In this document: piece after piece, positions 27,264 to 39,624 of the stretch
Position numbering within the stretch: position 1 is the first letter of the stretch
How the letters are laid out: the number at the start of each line of letters is the position of its first letter
Assembly: GCA_977030845.1 (NCBI GenBank)
Contig: OZ365118.1
Location: forward strand, 18,414,001 to 18,478,000
DNA length: 64,000 nt
DNA from: Fimbriosthenelais zetlandica
Taxonomy: Eukaryota
Direction of reading: 5' to 3'
The notes under the pieces: generated by a model
Told to the model about the DNA's origin: nothing
What the model saw: the letters and a program-made list of their open reading frames with translations, nothing else
Databases searched by the model: none
Made by a program: the position numbers and the translations under genes

Positions 27264-28071
27264 AACACGGGCGCCCTCTGTCAGGTTCCCGCTACACCAC
27301 GAGGCACAGGAAGCCTTGTGGCTCCCCCTGTGCCAACAACGAACATCACAGACACATTGACTACATTAGAGACCAATGATATCCTCCCCAGCTGGCTGAA
27401 GTGAAATGACCCGTGTGCTTAGAAGATTTTGTGCCGTAGTTTGACCTCTCTAGATCTGTGAACTCTTTTCTAGATAGACCTGATTTCTTCATCAGATGTA
27501 CCCACCAAATATATTTTGACCATCCAGGCTTTATTAAGTAAACTTATACCAACACATGAGTATATCTATATAGAGTAGATTCCTTATTTTTCTGTAATGC
27601 TTGTCATTATGTTTGACCCCCTGTGATGGTTTCATGCTAGGTCTCTTAGGGAATCTATAATGAATATGAATATTCTCATTCTGTCTGGGTCTCCTCGCAT
27701 GACTCAGCACTATCTCATATTGTACCAGAACCTCATTTCATCCATTTTCGTGTGTGTACAGATTATTATCTTCCACTAAGACTGTGAGCCATGATTTTGA
27801 TTTAAATAAAACATTTTAAAAAGTAGAGTTTATTTTGATTACCTAGTTCCCACATGGAATTATATATTGATATTATTACGTCGAATTCCCTATATGATCT
27901 GGCATAGCAGGAACAGTGACATTAAATTCCTCCAGGGCGTATATATACATGTATACTGCCAGTGCCCCGAGGTCATAACTTTATAACCCAGTGCTATAGT
28001 AAACCCTTGTCACTCAATGTTTCTGAGTTTAATACCTCCTCTATATACATGTAATCCTGCCTGATTTGAGG

Positions 28072-28996
28072 TTAATCCCGAAGTTTAGAGTAGAAGGCTT
28101 TGTAGGAAAGCCCGGCAGGGGCTGTATGCCTTCTCCTTTCAAAATCCTGAATCATTTGCTCCCTCTTAATCACTGCAATTAGAACAAGAGTATGTGCTAA
28201 TGGCACCAACTTAACCCATCAATTCTCCATTATGTTTTGGAATAATTTCAAGACAAATTCCAGTCATATTTCTTCCCTGATATGCAGGTGACTTTTCTAT
28301 GAAAATACTAAGATGTGTTTGGACTTTTAATGGATATTAACTGGAATGGATATAGAATTACCTTGAATAGAAGGTACGTTGCAGGTATTTGTGGTCTTAC
28401 ATTCCTTCAAGTGTCCCCAAGCAAAGAAAGTCTTCACTTCACAGTTGATATGGTACTTAGCTAACTTCCTCCGTAAAGCACTCCTGTCTCTCTGTCCGTC
28501 CCTCTCAGTGTTATTGTTCATCCTAGTATCACCCCTGTCCTTATGCCTGTCCATTAAACTATTATCATTCTTGTATGAGGTTCTGCCGATATTTCTATCA
28601 CCACCTCTATCCAAATCCCTGTCCCTTCTGTAAGTTGCTTGTCTGTCCTTAGTCCTGTCCTTCATGTAAGCTGTGTCCGTCTCCAGTCCTTGGTTCCTCG
28701 GACCGTCCCTGTCCCTGCCCCTGTCCATTCTCCTGTCTCTGTCACCCCCTGTCTTGGCAGGATGGGTTGATATAATATCAGGGAGTGGTGTGTAATAGGG
28801 ATAAGCCTGTTAGAAAACATGTTCATAATAAGTCAAAAATATCCTCAGATTATTATCTTTGCCTAAATTACAAATTGTGTAGGCCACTACCGTAGGGTTT
28901 TCAATCAATGACTATAATCAAACTTAAAAATCTTACCATTGTCCAGTTGTGAGAGTGCTTCCAGTTGTGGGCAGCTCTATGTAAAGAGTGGGCCAT
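28072..28996 (-). CDS. Uncharacterised orphan protein, about 228 aa, 4 predicted exons (D/R-rich middle, Cys/aromatic-rich C-terminal domain)
   Basis: complement(join(28937-28996, 28362-28806, 28216-28296, 28072-28172)). Donors gtaaga, gtaatt and gttaag (weak). Acceptors ttttctaacag, tattttcatag and ttctaattgcag. Phases 0/1/1 give one open frame: MAHSLH..TM|AYPYYTPLPD..DRGRDRD..HINCEVKTFFAWGHLKEC..CNVPSIQ|EKSPAYQGRNMTGICLEI..|VIKREQMIQDFERRRHTAPAGLSYKAFYSKLRD*. The last intron is only 43 nt, so the 3' end is uncertain. Confidence 0.65.
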
Positions 28997-29433
28997 AATG
29001 ACTCTCACTCTTGATATAATCCTACTTAATATAACCCCTGACCCTTATGGTAAAGTTTTCTCAAATTTATACACGTCTAGTGGGACAGAACTTCACCTAA
29101 AATGATGCACGTCTAATCTCTAGGAGAACTCATTATAGTGGAGGGCGCTGGCCGCGGCCATGGTGGTGTGGGATATGTATACTTGGTCGTTTTGACTACT
29201 TGTTCCCAAGAAATTACAGAAACTAACAGAGTCTGATATGCCTTTATAACCTGCTTTAGCTCATGGTTTATTACAGAATTACACATGTAGACATTGTATT
29301 TTATGTACATATATAACGGTAGGCCTAAAACATTGTGTAAACCTCCCCTTGTAGTATCCTTATTTTCCTATTTACAAATATAAAATCGGGGAGATTACAA
29401 CATTGAATACACGAAGTATCAACCGTCACCTCT

Positions 29434-32400
29434 CTAGGCAGAGTGGGTGTTCTGATTCTCCTGCTCCCTCAGGGCGTTGTATTTTTCAATTTCCTCCTTT
29501 CTCACCTTTAGTGGCCAGTCTTCTACCTCTTTCAATGTTTTTGGTAGAGCTCGTCTGAAGGTTTCTGGTACAAAGACAACTAGTACAGCCACAATCATTG
29601 ACAGGCTGCCGCAGATCCCACGTACGATCCCAGGCACCGCCCGCTCCTAAAACAAACAGATGTGATTCATTTCAATTTTGAATTTTGCAAGACTTGTTGT
29701 TATGCCTTCAAAATTCTTGTAATGCTGCATCAATACTTACAATAGGCCTGCAGTATGGGGCTATGAGATTAGCAGACAGAGCCCAGAAGAAACACATTCC
29801 AAAATAGACACTCCTGATACTTGTAGGGTAGAGTTCAGGCGAGTATACAATAATAGCACAGTAGCTGGCAGTGATACCAAACTTCCCAACAAAGTTGAGA
29901 ATAATGGAGAAAACCCTGGATTTTATAGCTGAAAGAAGCAGAAATTTGAGCACAGTTTCCTGACAAAGACCAGTGGAATTATCTGGTCTTTTCAAGTTTA
30001 ACTATATCAACATTATAAAGCTTCATTTTTTAACTGTATGTACGTACCAAATTCCTCCACAAGGGTGAGCAGCAGGGCTAATCCAGCAATAACGTGGAAC
30101 ACGCATATTGGCCAGCGACGACCATATCTAGAGGTTGAATTAAATGCTCAATAATAACTGGTTTACAGTTGGAGGCAATGCTCAGTGTTTAGTTAATCTG
30201 AAGTCATGATTGAACACCCAGTTTATCTATGGAAGGTTTTATAACCCCATTCAGAATAAGCATTGTCAATGAGTACATTCTGGACCTACCTGTTGAGCGA
30301 CCAGTGGAAGCCTACTATGGCGGGGAGTTCAGCCAAAGCCAGGAGGAAGAAGTTCAGATAGCGATCACCAGCAAGATAGGTGACTGTGAGACTGAGTGAC
30401 GAGTACACGATGCTGTTTGTAAACCTAGAAATATAACATATTCAGGCTAATCATAAACTCCCTTAGATTGTCTATACTATTACTATTAGCCTTGTGGTGG
30501 TTTGTGGCGAACTTATATTGAGCCTGCTCCACAATTCAGCATATCTTTATGTTCTTATCAGTGTACTTACCATAATAAGAACAGTACTAGAGTGATGTAT
30601 CTGTATCTGCTGGACTTCCACACATCTGTCCAGTGTATCTCTTCATCAACTGGTGCGACCTTGTCCTGTAGAGGTTCCACTAGTTCCTTACTGTCCTCCC
30701 TCTTCACCCACACTGGACCACTCCCATACAGACTCCGGCGCTTGGTCACCCCGGCGATGCTCGCAGCTATACTGTTAGTGCTACCAAACATGGGAATATC
30801 AGCTAACTCAGCTTCCTTGGGTGGTTCTTTGTCCTCTTTCTTGCCATCAAAGAAGCCTGGTGGTATGGGCTTTTTGTTGATGCGACTACCAAGCTCCAGG
30901 TACTGCCTGGCCCTGTCATACTGCTTAGTTACCATTAACCAGGGCAATGACTCGGGAATCAACCTGAAACATACATTAAAAAGTCTTAACTATTCAAGCC
31001 AAAGGTTTACATATTTATGCAACTAAAACTCAGGACTGAGGTACTATACCCATGGGGAAATAACCCTGTCTCTCTTTATGAATATTCAGTCAGTTAGTGA
31101 TTTGAAGCTTGAAGTTAAAAATCTTGTTAAAAATTCAGTCAAATGATATCTTACCAGTAATAGGCAACACCTAAGACTAAAGGAAGATTCATCACGAGTT
31201 GCATGACCCTCCAATCACGTAAAAGGTAGACCAATAATGAACATAACATCATGGAAGTAAACCAGGCGAACTCTACGGTGGTGGACGCAAAACTCCGAAA
31301 CTCAGGAGGAAAAAGCTCCACTACTAATAGCAAGAGCATGGATGCAAAGCACTGTAAGAAAATACATTGATTTCTTCAGCATGGAAATTGTCTAAGCAAT
31401 AGATAGATTGAATGTTGGATGATAGTTTGGATGAGCATAGACGGGCACAGATACTGTCAGTAGTTAAAACTGTGCATAAATATCATTGAAATAAAGCTCC
31501 AATTGTGCATTTAGCGAAAATGCAAATTAGATGTGAGGATATATTTGATGATAATTGAAGGCGACCATTGTTAAATGCATGAGATAAACAGCCCACCGTC
31601 ATAGAGATCCAGCCTAGGGCATCCAGTATAATATACGTTATCATATTGGGAGAGAAAGCCTTGGCAATGTTACAGACGGCTCGGGCAGCACAACCACAGA
31701 GAAATATTTTCTTCCTGCCAAATGTATCAGCAAGCTTATTAGCAAAGACCTGTCCAAGGGCCATAGCTGCGCTGGATATCATCATAGAGTTCTCCACCAG
31801 TATGTTACCACCACACACTAGCTCATACTGAAATGTAAAACAGATTTAAACAAATTATTATTTCACTGACAGTTATTTCCGATCGTCTGCAGGATTTTAG
31901 GTTCTTGCAGTATGCTGTTTGTATTTCCACTTTGATAACTTTGGAAGCTACAATCACTCTAGTACTATTTCATCTATGTATGGAATTCTATTTAGAAGAT
32001 GATTTAATCATTATAATTTGACTCACGTCAGTTACAATGGTCCTTATGTAGCCTGAGTTGGGATCAAACTGCCAGCCGTCAGTACATGGTATTGTTTTAT
32101 TACTGACTGTGATATCCTCGTACATGTGACAGCTATCATCCATCCACTTACCGTCCTTCAGTACCTGGGGTATCGTCTCGTTCTTAGTGGCATTCACAGG
32201 TATCTTACAGTGATGCTTCGGTGTGTCAACTGAAACGATGACAATAGATTCAAATATTTTTGAGAAATCTTTTAGAAAATATTTATTCTCGATTACACTG
32301 GAGGTGCATGAGTTAAAGATACCAAGTGGTCTCGGTTTCTATAAAGGAAGATGTTTGGCAAGGCTCTGATTGTTCCAGATGGACTGATATACCTTGATCT

Positions 32401-34316
32401 GAAATGTGTGATGTTTTCCCTGTCTTTGGTGTCATCTAAAGCTGCCTATCATAGTATTTAGATTATCAATGAATTAACATCTCACAGAGTGACCTCATTG
32501 AGTATAATCCATGATAATAGGCAGATTACCGTCCTTTATCTCCTGATAATCCAGCTCTGTCAGCACTCTCACTGAACCAGTGACAGTTATCACTGTCAAG
32601 TGGCATAATCTGTCACTCAAACTCTAGGAAAGTTCCATGGGTTAAGGAGGCGGGAAGAGATCAAAATCTTCCATGCACTTTGTTTTGAATGGAATGCTTC
32701 TAACGAAGTCAACAAGGAATGAGGTCAACTGCATCGAGCAATGGTGACAGTGACAGTGACAGTTGACAGTTGACAGTTATAGTCTGTCAACCAGTAAACC
32801 TCAGAAAAATTTCCGTCAGTAAACAATGAGAAGAGGCTAGCTACCCATCCAAATATGGAAATCTGAAGTTAAAGGTGTTATTTAAAGATTCTTGGAATCA
32901 ACATAAACAAGGTCATAGTTGATTCTATCACAAGGTCATGCTATATCTGCTCTATATGTTTATTAACTCATTCACTCATCAGTTAACACCTGATAATGCT
33001 CTTTTCCCTTATCAAGATATGAGATATGGCATATTTATCCGAACGGGATAGCCAGAGACCTTATATGACCTTATAAGGTCTCTGGGATAGCTCAGTATTG
33101 GGTACGGAATCTGGGATTCTTGTTCTGGTCATTCCTGTCCCCAACCCCCCTCATTTGTGACAATTAAATTCTCACTTTGTTTAGAAATTTTGATTTTGCG
33201 ATGGAGCAAAATATAACCTCTGTTATTTTCAAAATAACTTGATAGTTATTGCAAGGTTGAAAATGGTCTATTAAATGGCCAGTTCTGTTTATCATTTACA
33301 AGGTTTGAGAGGGTTTTGATATTATATTTATAAAGGCAAGTGAAGAATCTCTAACTTGTTCTGCTTTGGGTCATGTACTCAATAGTTTCTGGAAAATTTC
33401 CAAAAGGTTTCTTCACTGAGCTGAAAAAACAACAACGGCTGGGGGTAGAAATAGGGAACATATGTAAATCATTCTATAGAGAATATAATTATAAATGACC
33501 CTTTAAGAATGACCCGTAACCTCTTACCCGAGATATCAGCGAACAATTTAACCGAACAGTTTTATATTATGTGACCAACTACTCACTGAGTCATGAGACT
33601 AGATAAGATTCAATTTAAGACAATAGTATCATTATATCTGCTATCTCCTTACTGTGCTTCTTATGTGAAATACTAGTATATCAAGGATTTAGCTTCTGTT
33701 TGCAATATTTTCTTTTTAATGGAATTGAGCATCGGTATGAATAACTCACGCTAAGTCTTTAAGTATCCCACATAGATAACTATTGTTAATCAGTTGTGTG
33801 TTTTGGGCAGGGAAATCTTGTTGTCTAATTGATTTTCTGCCAATCATAATATCTGCTCTGCTATAGACAGATAACCTTGGCATACTTTATGTAATGTTAT
33901 TTCAACAGACCTTCCTTCTCATCCTTTGTGGCTATGCTACATTACTAAACGCGAAATTCTAATTAATTTCCCTTTCAGTGGACTGAAATGAAGTTATCTT
34001 TATTTTATGTTCTCTAATTGTCAATCTTAAATTTGTATTTTAACATTTAGGCAAATATTCCATGGTATATATATATTAGATATATTGACATCACAAGTAT
34101 TAGGTCCAGTTTGTTATTTCTAATATAAAGTGTTTGATTTGACATACCTTGAAAGACAAAAGACATGAAATGGAAGGACAGGGTAGTGTACATGAGGCTG
34201 ATGAGGACATAAATGCCCATCTGCCATCGTCCCCGTGGTCCAATGATCCGTAAAGCCTCATCTAGATCCCAGGGTGGAGGTGCACCCTTCATACCATCCT
34301 CACCCTCACCCGCCAT
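29434..34316 (-). CDS. SLC22-family (MFS) organic cation/anion transporter, 602 aa, 9 exons
   Basis: complement(join(34148-34316, 32027-32229, 31597-31827, 31155-31351, 30571-30963, 30290-30424, 30048-30127, 29741-29928, 29434-29646)); 1809 nt in frame. Cys/N-glycan-rich first loop (HHC..C..CTDGW..TIVTDYELVC), motif A LADTFGRKK, ELFPPEFRS, IPES, YGRR, ELYPTSIRS, VPET..RALP. Confidence 0.93.
33052..33085. repeat. 14-bp perfect hairpin in SLC22 intron 1 (probably a MITE/HINE terminus)
   Basis: CCAGAGACCTTATA-TGACCT-TATAAGGTCTCTGG, flanked on both sides by GGGATAGC. Confidence 0.7.
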
Positions 34317-34849
34317 CCTGATCTCAGACTAGGGTGATCTCAGGCCTGTAATGGAGTGGGAGTATAGGGGTATGGAGATGGTCCTGGTCCTTGGTAGACT
34401 ACAGTGGTGGCCAGAGAACAGCTGATCTACATGGGTTCACTCCCCTTATCAACGAGAGTAAAATTAAATTATTTTACTCTCGTTGCTCTTATCTAGGTAC
34501 TCCCTCCCCCTGTCACCAAGCACAGAGGTGTCGCTGTGTCCTCAGATATCTCTATAATCCAGTATCCATTATTTATTCTATATATGGCATATTCTGTTAT
34601 CTTAATATATGGCCCGCAATCCCACTCCAAACTATCCATAAGAATAAACTGAATCTGTATTTCTCTAAATTCTCTCATTTGACCTTCATTGGTTCAATTA
34701 TAGATTATCGTGATCCAGTCACGTTCCAAAAGTAGACATAAATGTCTGGAAATGTTTCCTTAAGAACTTTTTGTCTTCATTTTAATGGAAACCAGATGGC
34801 GACACCAAGCTGTGCCTTAGCCCGAGTGTCAAACTTAAGCACTATGGGG

Positions 34850-34925
34850 TCGGGGGGTGCTTTGGCTCAGGTGGTTGAGTGTAGACTTGAATGTCAGGGT
34901 TCCCTAGTTCAATTCCCCTATTCAC
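34850..34925 (+). mobile_element. Degenerate tRNA-like SINE head
   Basis: A-box-like TGGCTCAGGTGG (34863-34874) and B-box-like AGTTCAATTCC (34906-34916). Confidence 0.4.
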
Positions 34926-35577
34926 CGAATCTGTTGTATTGTCCAACTCCCTCCCTTGCTACTAAACGAGCCAAATAAATCAAGCCTAATCTCTTTTAGT
35001 AAAATAAACCTCCATAAAATGTTTATGCCATTACCAGATTTTGGCTATAGAAAATTTGTTTTTGGTAATAGAGGAGCAGTGCACTCTCATTTCCTTTATC
35101 CTGGTTTTGTTGAATTGCGTCTAACTGAACTGAATCTAACCAGTTAATGCTAATCAAAGGAAATGTTGGTGCATGTATTTTTTAATTGATCACACAGCTT
35201 TAATGAGTGACTTCCTTCCGCCCGGAACGCCCAGGTGTGTTATCATGGCAGGAGACATGAGTCTCCACACCTGGACTTTGTTCCTTCTTATCTCTGAGCT
35301 GATAAAACATTGAAATCAATACCGCCTGATCGTTAGCTACAACTTACTAACGAATATTATAACTCACACTGCCTACACTCCCTACTACCTACACATCCCA
35401 CTAGATTACATTTCTAGTTCTCCAACCCCAGCAAAACCAGAGTGATAAGATTTTAGTCGACACTCCTTACTGGATCCGCTCGTAGGATACCTTCACTTGC
35501 AGTCTGATTTGGATCATCGATAGTTAATATGAAATCCTACTTTTGACATGAATTTGGATTGAGGAAGTGTAAAGAAG

Positions 35578-38500
35578 ATGGGGAACAAACAGAGCTCTGG
35601 GAAAGGTGATGGGGTGAAGAGAAGAGACAAGTCAGGGAAGAAGAGGAAGTCTCAGGATCGACCTGTTAGTATGCCAGGTCTTGATGAGGAGGATCTTCAG
35701 AATGCTCCAAACCAGGCAGGCATGAGACGAGCAGGATCAGTGGATATCACCAACATGCAAAATGCTTCTGAAGTGGTGAGTTAATGATTTATTCATTTGT
35801 TAAGTTCATTTCTGTAATATATGAGTTGAAACAGTAGCATATATTCTGTTAGCACGAATCATAAGATAGTACTAGTCGACATTGACCATAATTTGCCTTA
35901 TCTTGCTTTTTAAACAACTGTCTCACTAGGTCCCCTATATGAACGTATGATAAAATAAGACTTGAGTGTACTTTGATTAGGAAGTATAATCATAGTCTCC
36001 ATGGCACACAAATAACTTAATCTATCAATCGGTCTTTCTTGTGCCATTAAAATACCATGGTCTATATCATTCAGTTATCACAGTTATATTGCTGAGCTGG
36101 CCAGTTCTACGTTCCGTTATTGTTTTGGATGCCGTAGTTGCAAAGACAGGAGGGTAAAATCAGTCAAGTGGTGGAGCCCTTTATCAAATGTATAACATTA
36201 TTGTCCTTAATGGCTGATATGGAAGATAAGACTAACATAATGTGGTTATATCTGCCATTATTCTAAACTAGTCCATACCCAGTTGATTGCTCCAGCACAA
36301 AATATTAGTGGGTCACAGTGTAATCAGCGATGTTATGTCTTTTCAAATTCACTCTAGTATCAGGGAGGTGTCTTTGAAGCTTAGAGTTAGTATAAATAAA
36401 TTGCATATACAAGTATATATAAACTACTTCAAAATATCAGTTCTAAAGAACTAGAGATGCTTTAATCTTCAAATACTGTAATCAACATCTTACAGTGTTT
36501 TCGACCCCACCCATCTGTAATTTTACCCGTTATACTTAAACATTCCAATGATAGATTTTGTTTGAGCGTAACTTCAAATCTGATGATCATATATGTTACA
36601 AGAGGATTACAAGTGGATTAGCCCCTGCATACCTACAGGGCACGATAAGATAAACCCTGATAAACTTAACACATATCTATTGACTAGTGATCAAGTGGCT
36701 ACGAACCTCGGTTATTTATTTCATTGCATTGATCGATATTCTGTCAAAAAGTATTCTGTAGATATTTGACAAGATAAGTGATAGGGGTTATGTTGGTCCT
36801 GACTATTTGATAAGTAAAAGCCTGCAAGTTAGAATTAAGATTGGATGAATATTGTGTTTGTGAGGCTCATATTATGAAGTACTTCTATGTTATAATTATC
36901 ATTACAGAGGTTTAACCAGGGTGGCATTGAGGGTACTGGTGACTTGGCAGGAGAGTCTGTGTTCAACCTCTACAAAAAAAGTTTGCATCAAGTCCTCACT
37001 ACCTGGCCTGAACTGGTACCCCTCCGTGAGATCGAGCCCAAGAAAGTGAGCAAGCCACTGCTGCAGGCTCTCCAGAAACTTTATGACGTAAGTATTTTGC
37101 AAATCGTTCAATTGAACAACCAAGCCACCATTTATATGCATTCAGTAGTTCTAAATCTTGTAATCTTTTCCTTTGCCTCACACAGATTGTATACAAAAGG
37201 GAAGAACAAGTAGACACCCTTCACAAGGACAAGAAAATCTTAAAGGACCTCATCAGTGACCTTGAGCAGAAGAATGAAGACCAAGTGGAGGAGTGTAGAA
37301 AGAAGGACAATGACATTAGTGACCTGGATCACAAGGTGTGTCTGTTAGAAGGCGAGTTACGTAAACGCGGCATCGCACCTCGCGTCTCATCCACAGAGCA
37401 CGACTACCCGCCACCGGAAATAGAACGAGGAAACAAGAAGAGACGCAGCGGCCTGATGCCGACGCCATTCATGCAGGCTGGAGGTCAGAGAGGTCAAGAT
37501 GCGGCCATTAAACGCTCTAACAGTATGCTGACTGATGCTCGGAGATCTGGAGGACCAGTAGGAGCCCCGGATGGTACGGCCATACTGGAGGATCTCAACC
37601 TGAAGGTGAGAAGTCTACAGCTGGAGCTGGAGCAGAAGAGACGGGAGAATGAGGAGCTCAGAGATAGGTATGTCACTGACTTGTTATCAGTTTTATTCAG
37701 TAGAGGCTCACTCTATTTTCATCCAACTTTCCAGTATATTCCAGTACTTTTACATAATACTTGTTTCTTTACAGACTTGAGGGTGGTTTTGACCCCGGTA
37801 GTTCTCTGAAGCAGCTCGCACCTCACTCTGGACCTAACGTTGATATGCTGATAGACTTCTACAGTGATCTAGAGGAGAGAGCTCTCACTACAGTGACAGA
37901 GACGCTAGTCGACATCCTGACTGACAAAACAGACGAGGCTATCCGCCAGTTCCTCTGCTTTGTCATGGAGGTAAGCAACAAGATTACTCAAAATCTGAGA
38001 GTTAGTACTGATCTTATTACTACTACAGTTCATTTATTGGATTCTGAAAGCTCATGGAGATTATGAATGATAACTGAGTTGTCTTTTTGTTACAGACATC
38101 CTTCCAGCAGGCGTCTAATCTGATGAAGATCTTCCTGGACACTGTTCATTCCTTACTGACTCACCCTCTCAAACCGGAACTGTCACAGATGTCTGACACC
38201 GACAACAAAGCTTCCCGCACCCACGGCCACCTCAACAAAACCATGTTTGAAAGGGTAATAACTCTGCTTCCTTCACAAATTGCTCTCTTTACCAAATCTG
38301 CTATAATTAATAATAATCAGACTAACAGCAACATGGTTGACCTCCCTGTTTCTATCTTGTTTCCTTTGGATGTTTCAGGGTCCTGATCTACAAGGTATGT
38401 CTCGGCTAGCACGGAGGACCCGTCTCACTACTGAGTTACCTAAATACCTGGAGGAAGAGGTGGCCAGTTTCATCAGGGTGACATCAGACAGCACCAATAT

Positions 38501-38989
38501 AGACGTCCTCATTGAGGTGGGTAGGCCTAATATTACAAGCTCTCCATCATTCACTGCATCTCAACTGTGGAGTTCTATAAGGCCATACTTTATCACATTG
38601 GCCTGCATAATATTATCAAAAGAATATATTCATAATTTACTTTCTACTCTATTTAGGAGGTACAAGGAGTCCTACATCAGAAGTTCCCCTCATACGCTAC
38701 CGACCATGTCTTCTCTGATTCGACTTTTTCTAATTTTCTGTCTGGATGTTGTCGGATGTCATGGCAGCTGTGTGCCATGTCACCACCATGTCATGTGACG
38801 ATTGATGACGCCAGGACGCGTTATGACGAGTACTACCATGACGTCATACAGGCACACAAAAATAAAGTCACCATAGGAGCCGAGCTCGACTACTTTATAT
38901 GGCCCATGATGCTACGGAAGAAGAACGGTGAAGTACTGTATAAAGCTAGAGTTGCCCTTATCTCCAAGAACAAGGGTCCCCGGTTCTAA
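35578..38989 (+). CDS. MIEAP (SPATA18-type) C-terminal-domain protein with N-myristoylation motif and coiled coils, 561 aa, 7 exons
   Basis: join(35578-35775, 36908-37087, 37186-37667, 37775-37970, 38096-38254, 38379-38516, 38657-38989); 1686 nt in frame. MGNKQS plus polybasic KRRDKSGKKRKS. Heptad-rich exon 3. C-terminus CCRMSWQLCAMSPP..YDEYYH..YFIWPMM..GEVLYKARV resembles the MIEAP domain (recognised by eye). Confidence 0.8.
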
Positions 38990-39624
38990 AACTTAAGGTC
39001 TTATATAATTCCAATATTGTTACGGCTATCATTGTACTATTGTTATATCTTTGTACTTGTTAAGATCAAAATGTTACATGCATAGACCTGCTGCAAAAAT
39101 AATTGTTTATTATTATATATGTATCCAATATGTATCTAAAATATGTAAAAATAGCGTCTGACTGAAGATATTGTGTACATAACTCAACGATATTTACAAA
39201 TGACTATTGATTTTTATATAATATATAATGTTTTTCTGATAAATGAAATTCATCAGAGGATTGATGTTCGTCGTTTTCTTTTTTTAAGTCTATTTTTTGT
39301 CAGCAGCATTAATACTATGGGATATCCCATACTTCTGTGTTGATAAATGCAGTGTTGTACATATAGGGAGGTATTAGAGCAGAACCACTGGTGTCTGATG
39401 CTGTACTTTTACTGGGTAAATATCACAAAGGAAGTATAAATTAGACTCAGGTTGTTATAGAAGTTGGTGGATGTAAATTCACATCATATTAAACTTCCAA
39501 GACGTCCTACCTAGGAGCAGGTATATCCACATCTGTTTCATTAACAATGACCATCTACACATACACGGAGTTCCCTGTACCTCAGCTTTTGGTGTAAGTC
39601 CTCAGGGCTTGTTATTAAGTACCA

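Noticed and set aside
30502-31831. Plus-strand ORFs overlapping SLC22 exons
   Set aside because: Antisense shadows of real minus-strand exons.
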